A DNA stretch of 64,000 nucleotides from positions 64,001 through 128,000 of the IMG/VR virus record IMGVR_UViG_3300035670_000030; one strand, given 5' to 3'. This document shows, in pieces, positions 29,543-39,860 of the stretch (positions are counted from its first letter, which is position 1; every line of letters begins with the position of its first letter). This DNA is from a virus. The notes beneath the pieces are model-generated. The model was not told the origin of the DNA, did no database searches, and worked only from the letters and a program-made list of their open reading frames with translations. A program made the position numbers and the translations under genes.

Positions 29543-31150
29543 TTATGAAATAAGTGGACCATCAAAAGTCCATGTCTCGTTTATTGTTACAGTTTTAATA
29601 TCATTATTCTTTGAAATATTTCTATCTTCTAATAATAAATTCGCTCTACCATTAGTATAGTTAGATTTCATTCTATTTACTTCACTAATTGCTGCGCTTT
29701 CCGCTGTAGAAATATTTTTATTCATCCTTGCGGTTGCTGTGACAGAAATTTGTATTCGGGACCTATTCGCGCATCTTAAATTTTGAACATTATGTTCTCT
29801 TGGCGTGAAAGCGGATGTATTTGGAACATGAATAAAAATAGACGGATTAAAAGTAATACTAGAACTGATATTTAAAATGTCAGCACTAAATACAACTGCT
29901 TTATTAGAATACTGGGCATTATAAGTAATTTGGGCATTAAATCTATCAAAACTTATAGATTCAGTTAAAGGAACAGGATTTAAATCAGAAGCTCCAAATT
30001 CTGATAAATATTCTTCTGATGCTAATGAGTATGGAAAGAATCTATTTTGATAAAATTCATTAACTTTTTGCCATTTCGTTGCTAAATCTCCATATTTACA
30101 AGAAATTGTAGAACTTAAATTAACCGTTCGGATACATTTTAAAGAATCTTCATTAATATCAACAGTATAATTATTAATTAATTGATCTGAAAAATCGTTA
30201 TTATATGAAGAACTAAAGCTTAATCTGTTTTCTTCCGATACCTCTTCTAATGATTGTGATATAGGACGATTAGAAATAGGTTCTTTAAAAACTCTACTAC
30301 AAATTTGACTTGCGATACTATATAAATCTAAACTGTTATAATCATTTCTTAACACAGTAAGATTATTGCCTTGTAAATCGCCATTAATATTTACAGTAAC
30401 AATACCATCATCAATTCCAGAATTTAAATCAACAGAATAATTTAAAATAGAATTGTTAGGATTTTCTAAGTTTGTTGATTTTTTGTAAGTTCCTTCCCAC
30501 GAATAAGTTCCATTAAATCTATCTACGACTTCTTGGGTTGAATATAAAAGAAATGGGCGAGATGCTACAGCATTTCTATTTTTTATTAAAATAGGTGAAA
30601 TTCCATTTATATTACCAGTTTTAGAGAGAACCCATTCTTTTGCATTTTCTATTGCATTTTTATTTTTAGCAATTATACCTTTTGCGGAAATAGAGTGGAT
30701 TACATTTAAAATATCCCCCTCTTCTTCATCAAAAGAAAAAGTTTCTTCTGGCTCAACAATGCCATAATAATCTTTAAATAAACCAGAATCATAAACAGTG
30801 ATATCTATAGAATAAGGTAATAAACCATACCAAGAAGACTGCTCAATATTAATTGAATTTATTACTGCATTAGCACCTGTATATAAACCAGACCCATTTT
30901 CAGTTATTAATAATGTTTTATAATTTTCATTAAAATTTTCATGTAATTTCTGGGCAGCTTCTGCTAATAAATTATAAGAATTAGAACCCAAAAATTTACC
31001 AGTTAATTGACCTTCTAAAGTAATATTAGTAACTTGATTCCATTTTGTTCCAAAATCAATATAGTCATTAGAAATAGAAACAAATGGCACTGTTGAGATA
31101 CCACTAAAAGCATCCTTATTGTTATATAAAATTTTTACATTGTCACTCAT
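29543..31150 (-). CDS. Tail tip protein (probable paralog of 31152..32789)
   Basis: Repeated beta units (DRFNGTYSW, DRFNAQITYNAQY). Confidence 0.6.
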   Translation of the reverse strand: MSDNVKILYNNKDAFSGISTVPFVSISNDYIDFGTKWNQVTNITLEGQLTGKFLGSNSYNLLAEAAQKLHENFNENYKTLLITENGSGLYTGANAVINSINIEQSSWYGLLPYSIDITVYDSGLFKDYYGIVEPEETFSFDEEEGDILNVIHSISAKGIIAKNKNAIENAKEWVLSKTGNINGISPILIKNRNAVASRPFLLYSTQEVVDRFNGTYSWEGTYKKSTNLENPNNSILNYSVDLNSGIDDGIVTVNINGDLQGNNLTVLRNDYNSLDLYSIASQICSRVFKEPISNRPISQSLEEVSEENRLSFSSSYNNDFSDQLINNYTVDINEDSLKCIRTVNLSSTISCKYGDLATKWQKVNEFYQNRFFPYSLASEEYLSEFGASDLNPVPLTESISFDRFNAQITYNAQYSNKAVVFSADILNISSSITFNPSIFIHVPNTSAFTPREHNVQNLRCANRSRIQISVTATARMNKNISTAESAAISEVNRMKSNYTNGRANLLLEDRNISKNNDIKTVTINETWTFDGPLIS

Positions 31151-31151
31151 T

Positions 31152-32789
31152 TTATGAATATTTATAAGTTGCTTCGTATGTTATTGTTTTGTCTGTTTCA
31201 TTTGATGAATAATTAATAGATTCTAAATATTCATCATTTCCTAATCCAGGTGTTCCACCAGCATAATTTTTAGCTTTTGTAAAATAATTCCAACTATTAA
31301 ATGTGCTAACTGTGCAACCAACTTCCATATTGACCTTAACAGTATATGTACCTTGTTTTTTTAGATCCCTATTTTGGTTTAAAGCAAATGTACGATTTGG
31401 TATAATAAAATCTTTAGTAATAGGTAGTAAACCCGTATCTGTTTTTTCTATATCTATTTTTTTAATTCCAGCGTCTGATCCATCTTTAACTGTTGGGTCA
31501 TCCGTATATGTAAAATTGTAATTAATAAAACCTTCATATTTATTACGGTTAATAGTTTTATTGATTTCCTTTAAGGTTCCTCCTATTTTATTTGTGGCTT
31601 CGTCATTGTAAAAACTAGTAACTCGACCGAATATTCCACCTTTAGCTGCATTCCATCCAATTTTAGCTTTATCATATTTATCATTTGAGCCAATTTTTCC
31701 ATTACCTTTAACAGAGCCATTCTCAGAAGCGCTCCATACTCCGTTTTCGCTTCTATCTAAATTACTTACATATTCCCAAATATAAGAAGAATTTATTTTT
31801 TTAGGGTCGTTATCAAAAGTTATCGTAAAATTTATAGTGCCATTAAACTTATTAACTTGAACAGATTTGCTAATAAATTGCTGGTTTAAGTCTGTGATAA
31901 TATTAAATTTTGTTTTATAGTTTTGGAATACGGCATTACATCTAGAATAAACACCAACTACTTGCTCGTCATATCCAGCCAGAGCATTTTCATATAGTGA
32001 TGGGACATCATATTCAGCTTTTATCGAACAATTTTCACTTGCTGTTGCGATACCATTTTCATCTATTTCAACCGAATGAGTTCTAACAAAAGAATAATTT
32101 TTATTATTATTTAATGTGCTATACGAAAACGTTCTTCTAAATCCACACTTACCAGTAATAGTATTATAATTTTCACTATTTAATACTTTGTAATTATTTC
32201 TAGTTGTGTAATTTCCTTCTGCAATATTAGAACTCGATGGGATTGTTTTTAATAGTTCTGTAGCTAAAGATTGTGCTAAACTAATTAAATTTATATTTTT
32301 ATTATCTGCATCATACTCTATATCAATAGAATGTTCTCCACCAAGCACTTTATTTTGAGTATCGAAATCTAAAGAAAAACTTTCTGAAAAACTTTTAATT
32401 AAATTAAAACTTTTATTATTAATATCAATCCCATCAAACTCTTTTGAATTCAAATCTGCAATTGGTACTTCCATCAAAACTTCAATAGTTGCTTCGTACT
32501 GTGTATAACGAACCCAATTTCCAGAATCAACAGAAAAAGATTTTACTTTTCCGACTCCGAAGTTTACACTATTAATTATTATTTCTTGAAATTCCTGCGT
32601 AAGTTTTATAATTTCTTTAGTATTTGTAAAAACGCCTTTAACACCATTATCATTTGTTAAATCTAGTATATAGCCACGAATAGATATAGTTCTTAAAGAT
32701 GAGTAAAATAAAGATCTTTCACCAAAAAAATTATTTTGATGATCATAGCCTAGAACTTCTACATTATTAAATAGTAGATTAGTTGCCAT
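31152..32789 (-). CDS. Distal tail/tail tip protein
   Basis: Immediately after the TMP; repeated NKFNGTINF / NKYEGFINY units. Confidence 0.6.
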   Translation of the reverse strand: MATNLLFNNVEVLGYDHQNNFFGERSLFYSSLRTISIRGYILDLTNDNGVKGVFTNTKEIIKLTQEFQEIIINSVNFGVGKVKSFSVDSGNWVRYTQYEATIEVLMEVPIADLNSKEFDGIDINNKSFNLIKSFSESFSLDFDTQNKVLGGEHSIDIEYDADNKNINLISLAQSLATELLKTIPSSSNIAEGNYTTRNNYKVLNSENYNTITGKCGFRRTFSYSTLNNNKNYSFVRTHSVEIDENGIATASENCSIKAEYDVPSLYENALAGYDEQVVGVYSRCNAVFQNYKTKFNIITDLNQQFISKSVQVNKFNGTINFTITFDNDPKKINSSYIWEYVSNLDRSENGVWSASENGSVKGNGKIGSNDKYDKAKIGWNAAKGGIFGRVTSFYNDEATNKIGGTLKEINKTINRNKYEGFINYNFTYTDDPTVKDGSDAGIKKIDIEKTDTGLLPITKDFIIPNRTFALNQNRDLKKQGTYTVKVNMEVGCTVSTFNSWNYFTKAKNYAGGTPGLGNDEYLESINYSSNETDKTITYEATYKYS

Positions 32790-32794
32790 TTAAA

Positions 32795-35700
32795 TTAACC
32801 TCCCCTTGCCTCTCTTGGTGTTATATTTGACGAGGCTTTAGGTGGAACTTTTTGACCAAGAGCAACTCTAACTTTTTCAATAATAGTTGGAATTGCATTT
32901 TGAACGGCCTCACCAACAGCGGCAGCGATATCTCCACCACCCTGTGCTTGAACAGTTACATTTACTGGAGCGCTAGTTGTTGTTTGTATATTAGGTTGTG
33001 CACCAGTATTCGTATTTGCATTATTAGTTTGAGTTGCATTCGCAGTTTCAAAACTTGTTTGTAGATTAGCAATTATATTTCTTAAACTTTCAATTCCACC
33101 AGTTAAATTATTTAATGCTCCTGTATTAGTATTTAAAGCCGCTTCTTGTTGAGCGAACATTTCAGGTTTTTCTTGTACTGGTTTATTAATATTTCCTGTC
33201 GTTGTTTGAGGATTTTTATTAAATAACCTATCAAGGACAGCATCAACATCATTTGATCTTTTACCATTGATTCCTGGAGAAATTAATATGTCATTAAGTA
33301 TACTATTCGTAGTATTAATTGCTTCAACTGTCGGCTCATTACCTTCAGTTGTAATTCTTTCTCTAGCAAGTTTAGCAACTTCATCAAGAATTATTTTTGC
33401 TTCTGGTGTTTGAGCGCCCATCTGAACAGCTCTTTCTTTTAAAGCTTGTAAAACAGGGTCTTGATATTTTTTAGTAATAGCTTCAAACTGTGTTTCGTCT
33501 AAAGCCCCAGTTTGTCTAGCAACTTGTAATTGTGCAATAGTTTTAAGCCCACCAAGTTCTGGAATTGTTTGAAGTGCAGCATTAATTTCATCTCTAACAA
33601 TTTGAGGTGTTTCACTTGATTTTGCTACAGTCTGCAATTCTGTAACCTGTCTTCTTAAAAATTCTTCAACACCAGCAATCCCAGCTTGATATGCTTTACC
33701 TGTGGGGTCGGGAGTATACCCAGTAAAAGATTGTAAATTTCCGATAAGTTTTAAAGCTTCTCTACCAAATTCTGGAGCCATTTCTTGGCGCGCTCTTTGA
33801 GCCGCTCCATATTGATATCTAAAATCATTTGTCCCTTGTCTATAATCGAAACGAAAATCTACTTGTTGACCTTGAAATTGATCAAAAGCTTTTGTTGATT
33901 CTAGAACTTTATCAAAAACACCTTGTCCTGGTTCTTTTGGATTAAGAAATTCATCTATTCCCCCACCAAAAGCTTGTGCTTGACTTATTTTTTGTATTAA
34001 AATTCTTTGTAATTGCTCCTTAGCTAATTTCTTAAATGATTGAACAGATTCTTGTTTTAAAAGTTTAATTTCAGAATTAACTTTTGAAGATTCTTCTTTT
34101 AATTGTGTGCTAATTTTAGTTCTTGTTTCTGCATTAACATTCGCATCTGCTAATTTACTATCAATTTGTGCTAATAAAGTTTCTAAATTAATTGTACCAG
34201 AACTTTGTAGATATTGATTGAGAACAGATTGCACTTCTTTAAATGCTCGCGTCTGTTGAAAAGCTTGTACTGATAGTTGATCATTTGTTTTAGTTATATC
34301 TTTGGATGTTCCGTCTTGTCTTGCTCCACCAATTGTTTCTCCAGTAGCATCTTTAAAAGCATCATTAATAGAAGAATTGATTGTATCTACAAAACTAAAT
34401 TTAATATTTTCAATTCCTTCAATCTGAGATTGAGCGATACCCGCAATTTGCTCTCTCAATGCGAAAGCTTCTGCTAATGGGGCTTCCGGACCAACAATTG
34501 TAGCAGCTGTTTCAGTTTTTCTTGTAAACCTATCTGCAAAAATCTCTTGTCTAGCGAATTGTTCCCTAGATCTTGCTAATTTTCTTTCTGATTCTGCCGC
34601 GAATTGTGCGACTCTTATATTTCTTTCTAAGTTTTCTATAATTTTAGCGGTTGCTTCTGTAGCGGCTTTTTTCTTTACCGCTTCGTCTTGAGTTGCCGCT
34701 GCTAATTCATCAGCAGCTGTTTTAGCGTTTTTAGCTTTTTCTGTATTTTGTATAAAACTTTGTCCAAGATCACCTACCACATTTTGGAAATCTTGAGCAT
34801 TATTATTAGCCTGAGCAATAAACTGAGCAACAATATCAGCTTTGCCTTCTTGTTCGGGAATAACCTTATTTAATAATGCTTCTAATGCTCCAACATCTCC
34901 AGTTTGAATTTGATTAAGCTGTTTAACAAAATCTATACCACCAGCTTTTTGTAAAGCATCAATAGCATCCTGTCCAGTTCTTCCTTGTGTAACCGCTTGT
35001 CCAAAAACAGACATATTTGTTCTACTAGCTTGTGTTCCAACACCAGTCTCGCTTGGTAAATAATAATCTATATAATCTTGCAATGATGGGCCATTTAGAG
35101 CCTTTGAAAATTCACTAATTGCTCCAATACCAGTATAGTTTAATACACCAGCTGCATTTCTAAGAAAGTTTCTAGATTCTACATCTCCAGTTACTTGCCC
35201 TAAATCTGCAGCTGCTTCTCTTGATTGTAATTCAGCAGTTTTTTCTGCAAGAACTTTTGCATACTCTGTTTCTAATTGTCCTGTTTTTGCTGCCGCAGAT
35301 AAACGTTTTTGATCTTCGGCAGAAAGACCAGACAATATTTTAGCATATTCTTCTGAAGCTTTATTTATTACTTCTTGAGAAGTGCTTGGATCTTCAAGTC
35401 CTTGTTGTAATGTTTCAAAAGACGCTAATAATTTTGCCCCAGAATCACTAAATTTTGTTAATTCTTCTCCAGCTTTTTTTGCTGATTGTGATAATTCTGG
35501 AAAATCTGAAGCAAATGAAGATACAATTTTTGGTATTGTTAATAATGACCCAACTACAGTACCCACTGCAGCTCCAACTGGTCCAAATACAGCACCTGTT
35601 CCAGCAAAACCAGCTATCTCACCAGCAGCACTAACAACTTCTCCACCTCTTCTTGCTCCAGCTGTTTCTTGGCCAATTATATTTTTAAGTGTTTCAGCGA

Positions 35701-38700
35701 TAATGGGACCGCCAAGAGCAAGGGCGAAGCCTCCTGCTTGACCAGCAGCCCCTAATCTTTGCCCAGCTGTTCCTGCTTGAGCTTTTTTGACTTGATTTCT
35801 AGCGGCTCGAATTTCATCTGCACTTTGTTTTCTAGAAGCTCTAAAAGCTGCTGGAGAATCGTAATTAATATTGGCTTTTGCTTGTTCTCTAGCATTTGCT
35901 AAATTAACTTTCGCACTATTAACATTAGATCTTGTTAGTTCGGCTAAAGATTGTTTATACTGTTGACCAGCCCCTTGCAAACCAAAAGCTAGAAATCCTA
36001 ATTGTGTTACTACTGCTGTTACAGCCGTAGCTAAATCTGAACCTTGAACGTCTTGATCTGCAAGTGCGAAATTAGGAATATAACCACTAGCAAAACCTTT
36101 ACTACGCATTGCGCTTTTTCTTGCGCTTTTTGTTGGCTCATCACGTTTATTAAATACTCCAATACCCATTGGATTTACGCTTGTTAAGGCTTTTTCTTGT
36201 GCAAGATAAATTTGGTTTTTCGGAATACCAGCTGCTCGCTCTCGACTAACTGCGTCTTGAAGAGCCGCAAAATTTGGTATATAGCCAGAAGCTTTTCCAC
36301 GAAAGCCTCTTGTTAAACCACGCTCACGTAATTCTCTTCCAGTTAAACCTCTTTTTACTTTTGCTCCCCCAAACCCAAATTCTTCTCTTAATATTTTTTT
36401 TCTAAAACTTGTTACAGAATCTCCGCCAGTTGTTGCTTTAAAATCCGCTTTTACAATACCACCAATTCCAAATAAGCTTTGAATTTTTTCTATTCCTTTT
36501 CCAGCGCGAACATCAAAATCACCAGCTCCAGTATTAGATCTAGCAGCTTCATAACCTAGAGCTGTAGTTATTCCAACTTCAAAGGCCGCGCCAATTGCAC
36601 TTAAAATAGCACCTTTAGCGCCTTTAGCAGATTGAAATCCTTTTTCTAAATCAGATGGAGAAATTGGTTTTCCTGGGGGCGCTAATTTTTTAGTATAACT
36701 TGCGGTTCTATTTAAAACACTTTGATATATTTGATTTTCTAATTTATTACTAGCTTCAGCTTCTCCAATTAATTTTGGCCCATAAGCTGTTTGTGGTGGA
36801 AATATATATTTAATGTTATTTGCTGTATCAGTAACTACGCCACCAGGAATTGGCTTATCAGGTGTTGATAATCTACCAGGAGCAGTAGAAGGAATTAGAT
36901 ATCCATATTTTTTAGCTCCCGATACTATTACTTCTTTAGCAGTTTGAGTACCTTTTTGAAAATTAGGAATAAATCCTTTGCCGTAAGTTGGAATTACTGC
37001 CGAATCTCCGTTTTTACCAAAATTAGTAATCTCAATCTCACGATTGTTTTTTATAAACTTTTTACCATCAATCGTTCCTTTGCTCATTTGAGCTTTAGGA
37101 TTTTTTGCTCCTAAAGTTCTAGCTAATAGTTCTTCACGAGCAAAATCATCTTTGGCAAAATTTGGAATATAACCAGTAGCTCTTCCTGGTCTTCCAGTAG
37201 GTACAACTGGGACACCACCAGAAACACGAACGCCAGCTCCAGCAAAAGCTTTTGAAATTTGTGTTGCGATAACAGCTTGTTTTTGTAGTTCAACAGTTTG
37301 TTGTTGCAAATTAGCTAATAATTGATTAGCGGCAGCATTTAGACCTTTTTCACCTTGTAAAGCAAGCTGTAATAATTTGGGATTATTCGATAAAATTTGG
37401 TTAATACTTGCTTGTAAATCTCTTTGCTGTGTTGCCGCAGTGTTTAAACCTAAAAGTTGTTTAACACTTCCAGTAGCAAAACTTGCTAAATCTTTAAATA
37501 ATTTTAATAAAACGCCACCAATTAATACCAAACCTGGACCAGCAATAAATTGGCCTAATCCGTCTAGAATTCCTCTACCTAGTACAGTACCGAATCCTTG
37601 AGCATCACTTTCGTTAAATCCTGCAAGTAATTGATTTGTCCCCCCAACCAATCTTTCAATAGATGGCCCAAATAATCTTTCACCGCCAACGGCAGCCAAT
37701 TGTCTTGCATTTTCTTGAAGAGCATTTAATTGAGCCGCATAAGTTTTATTTAATTCTTCATTTCTTCTAACAGCTTGGTCTGTAGCATTCGCAGAAACAT
37801 TTAAGGCATTATTATAAATCGAATATTCTTTTCCTAAATCAGCTAAAGCAGCTTTTAAAATGTTAATTTGGAATACGCCACCGACCTGTTCTGCAACATA
37901 TGCTTGTTGTTGTGATCCAAGAGTATCATAGACTCTACCCAAATCTTGAAGAAGTTGAATTGTTGATTTTATTTGTCCTCCAGCACCAACAGTCTCAACA
38001 CCCAAACTTTCTAATAAGCTTACAACCTTAGTTCTTTGCAATCTAGTAAAAATTGTTTTAAAAGAGTTACCAATAACAGCACCGCCACGAGCAGTTGTTT
38101 GTTGTGCAGCTGTAACAATAGCTATTAATTCATTTAATGAGACTCCTGATTGAGCAGCGCTACTACCAACACGGGCAACTGCGTCCGCAAGATCTGCAGA
38201 ACTAACAGCGAAAGCTGCATCTACAGTTGCAAATTTATTGACAACCTCAGTCGCACTAACAGCTTGGCTAGCAAATGAATTTACTGCCGCAGTAAGAGCT
38301 TCAACACTCTTAACCGTATCCAAACCACTCAAACGTGATAAAATAAGCGCTTCACTTGTTCTCTTAAGAGTTTCTTCTACACCAAGACCTTGACGAGAGA
38401 ATTCTGTTGCAGCTTCTGCTACAGCTTGAAAAGTTTGTCCTGTATTTCTAGCAATATTAAAAAGTTCTCCACCAAATTTTTGCAACTCTTTTGTTGAAAC
38501 ATTAAGAATAACATTGATATCTTGTAAAGACTTTTGGACTTCAACGACTGAAGTTAAAAGTGCTGTAAAAGCTCTTTCTACTCCAAATATAATACCAGCA
38601 CTTGCTCCGAAGGCAATAACACGAGCATTTGAAGCATCTAATGATTTATTAAATTCATTAACCTGTCCTGTAATCCGACCAAGAGGTTGATCGCCCTTAG

Positions 38701-38797
38701 TTTTTAAATTAATATTATATACCTTATTGACAGTCTTTTGTATATCCCTGTCTAAACGCCTAGTATCTCCACCAATATCTAAATTAATAGCAGCCAT
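32795..38797 (-). CDS. Tape measure protein (TP901-type core) with four G(Y/F)IPNF repeats
   Basis: 2000 aa, Ala/Gln-rich; AATEFSRQG, VIGNSFKTIFTRL; lies after the tail tube and chaperones. Confidence 0.95.
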   Translation of the reverse strand: MAAINLDIGGDTRRLDRDIQKTVNKVYNINLKTKGDQPLGRITGQVNEFNKSLDASNARVIAFGASAGIIFGVERAFTALLTSVVEVQKSLQDINVILNVSTKELQKFGGELFNIARNTGQTFQAVAEAATEFSRQGLGVEETLKRTSEALILSRLSGLDTVKSVEALTAAVNSFASQAVSATEVVNKFATVDAAFAVSSADLADAVARVGSSAAQSGVSLNELIAIVTAAQQTTARGGAVIGNSFKTIFTRLQRTKVVSLLESLGVETVGAGGQIKSTIQLLQDLGRVYDTLGSQQQAYVAEQVGGVFQINILKAALADLGKEYSIYNNALNVSANATDQAVRRNEELNKTYAAQLNALQENARQLAAVGGERLFGPSIERLVGGTNQLLAGFNESDAQGFGTVLGRGILDGLGQFIAGPGLVLIGGVLLKLFKDLASFATGSVKQLLGLNTAATQQRDLQASINQILSNNPKLLQLALQGEKGLNAAANQLLANLQQQTVELQKQAVIATQISKAFAGAGVRVSGGVPVVPTGRPGRATGYIPNFAKDDFAREELLARTLGAKNPKAQMSKGTIDGKKFIKNNREIEITNFGKNGDSAVIPTYGKGFIPNFQKGTQTAKEVIVSGAKKYGYLIPSTAPGRLSTPDKPIPGGVVTDTANNIKYIFPPQTAYGPKLIGEAEASNKLENQIYQSVLNRTASYTKKLAPPGKPISPSDLEKGFQSAKGAKGAILSAIGAAFEVGITTALGYEAARSNTGAGDFDVRAGKGIEKIQSLFGIGGIVKADFKATTGGDSVTSFRKKILREEFGFGGAKVKRGLTGRELRERGLTRGFRGKASGYIPNFAALQDAVSRERAAGIPKNQIYLAQEKALTSVNPMGIGVFNKRDEPTKSARKSAMRSKGFASGYIPNFALADQDVQGSDLATAVTAVVTQLGFLAFGLQGAGQQYKQSLAELTRSNVNSAKVNLANAREQAKANINYDSPAAFRASRKQSADEIRAARNQVKKAQAGTAGQRLGAAGQAGGFALALGGPIIAETLKNIIGQETAGARRGGEVVSAAGEIAGFAGTGAVFGPVGAAVGTVVGSLLTIPKIVSSFASDFPELSQSAKKAGEELTKFSDSGAKLLASFETLQQGLEDPSTSQEVINKASEEYAKILSGLSAEDQKRLSAAAKTGQLETEYAKVLAEKTAELQSREAAADLGQVTGDVESRNFLRNAAGVLNYTGIGAISEFSKALNGPSLQDYIDYYLPSETGVGTQASRTNMSVFGQAVTQGRTGQDAIDALQKAGGIDFVKQLNQIQTGDVGALEALLNKVIPEQEGKADIVAQFIAQANNNAQDFQNVVGDLGQSFIQNTEKAKNAKTAADELAAATQDEAVKKKAATEATAKIIENLERNIRVAQFAAESERKLARSREQFARQEIFADRFTRKTETAATIVGPEAPLAEAFALREQIAGIAQSQIEGIENIKFSFVDTINSSINDAFKDATGETIGGARQDGTSKDITKTNDQLSVQAFQQTRAFKEVQSVLNQYLQSSGTINLETLLAQIDSKLADANVNAETRTKISTQLKEESSKVNSEIKLLKQESVQSFKKLAKEQLQRILIQKISQAQAFGGGIDEFLNPKEPGQGVFDKVLESTKAFDQFQGQQVDFRFDYRQGTNDFRYQYGAAQRARQEMAPEFGREALKLIGNLQSFTGYTPDPTGKAYQAGIAGVEEFLRRQVTELQTVAKSSETPQIVRDEINAALQTIPELGGLKTIAQLQVARQTGALDETQFEAITKKYQDPVLQALKERAVQMGAQTPEAKIILDEVAKLARERITTEGNEPTVEAINTTNSILNDILISPGINGKRSNDVDAVLDRLFNKNPQTTTGNINKPVQEKPEMFAQQEAALNTNTGALNNLTGGIESLRNIIANLQTSFETANATQTNNANTNTGAQPNIQTTTSAPVNVTVQAQGGGDIAAAVGEAVQNAIPTIIEKVRVALGQKVPPKASSNITPREARGG

Positions 38798-38827
38798 TAT
38801 ATTCCTTAATCCTTTATGTACAATTAA

Positions 38828-38833
38828 TTACAC
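38828..38833 (-). promoter_or_regulatory. GTGTAA putative late promoter (TMP)
   Basis: GTGTAATTAATTGTACATAAAGGATTAAGGAATATAATG. Confidence 0.65.
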
Positions 38834-38836
38834 ATT

Positions 38837-39859
38837 TTAATTATTTTCGCGCGCTTTGAAATATTCTGATTTTTCAAGAACTCCACCTTTTTCTTTAGCT
38901 AGTTCTAATAGACTTTTACCATGTAATTTTTCGACTTTTACTCCAATTTTATCTAAATCATCTTTTGTTGCCCCGACAGGGCTTGTAACTAAATTGGAGC
39001 TACTAGTTTTAGACCTTTTATTTTTTGATTTAATACTTGTATCTTTTGATTGGTTATCAATCCACATTACAAGCTTTTCAGGATCATTTAATATATCATC
39101 GGGAACTGATTTTCCAGACTCATTGTAATTTTTTACAATATTCTTATACATTTTCCCATACAATAAAATATCTATTTGATATTTAGTACAACCAGTGGTT
39201 GCTTTGCCCCAAAAACTATAAGCGTCATCATTTAAATAAACTAAATTCTGAAAAAACCCTGTTGCAGCTACTTTCTTTATATTATCATGATTAAATATTT
39301 CTGAATACGTTTCAAAGGCATTTTTAATATTTTTTAAAGACTCCTCATTTAAATCATAATATTCATCCCTAGTAACGAAAAGCTTTTCAGTAAAAGTGGG
39401 ATTTTTATAAGTAAAAAATCTCAATAATTCTTCGGTCAATTTACTATTAGCATAATCTTCTAAAGAATAACCAACAATTTCTCGACGTTCTTTTGTATAA
39501 GTAATTAAAATAGATTCATTTTGTTTTATTTGTTTATCTATTTCTATTCTTTGAGATGGGTATAATAATTTATCTCTTGTTTTAAATAAATTTTGAATGG
39601 TCTTTTTAAGAAAATTTATTTTAGACTCGTTTTCTGATGACCACCAACCATTTTTAATGGCTTCATTTAATTTATCAGATTCTGATTCCAGACCTTTTTT
39701 ACGTCCTTCTGATAAAAAAATATCGTAACTTGAATAAGTAGAAAAATGCTCTGCTAACGTTGGGTGTTTAAAATAAATTATAGAATTATTAACTATAGAT
39801 TGTGAAAATCCTTTACATATTTCACTATATATTCTTCCATATTCAGATTGTTTGTCCAC
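38837..39859 (-). CDS. Putative tail assembly chaperone 2
   Basis: Position directly before the TMP; charged and helical; GTG start. Confidence 0.55.
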   Translation of the reverse strand: MDKQSEYGRIYSEICKGFSQSIVNNSIIYFKHPTLAEHFSTYSSYDIFLSEGRKKGLESESDKLNEAIKNGWWSSENESKINFLKKTIQNLFKTRDKLLYPSQRIEIDKQIKQNESILITYTKERREIVGYSLEDYANSKLTEELLRFFTYKNPTFTEKLFVTRDEYYDLNEESLKNIKNAFETYSEIFNHDNIKKVAATGFFQNLVYLNDDAYSFWGKATTGCTKYQIDILLYGKMYKNIVKNYNESGKSVPDDILNDPEKLVMWIDNQSKDTSIKSKNKRSKTSSSNLVTSPVGATKDDLDKIGVKVEKLHGKSLLELAKEKGGVLEKSEYFKARENN

Positions 39860-39860
39860 A

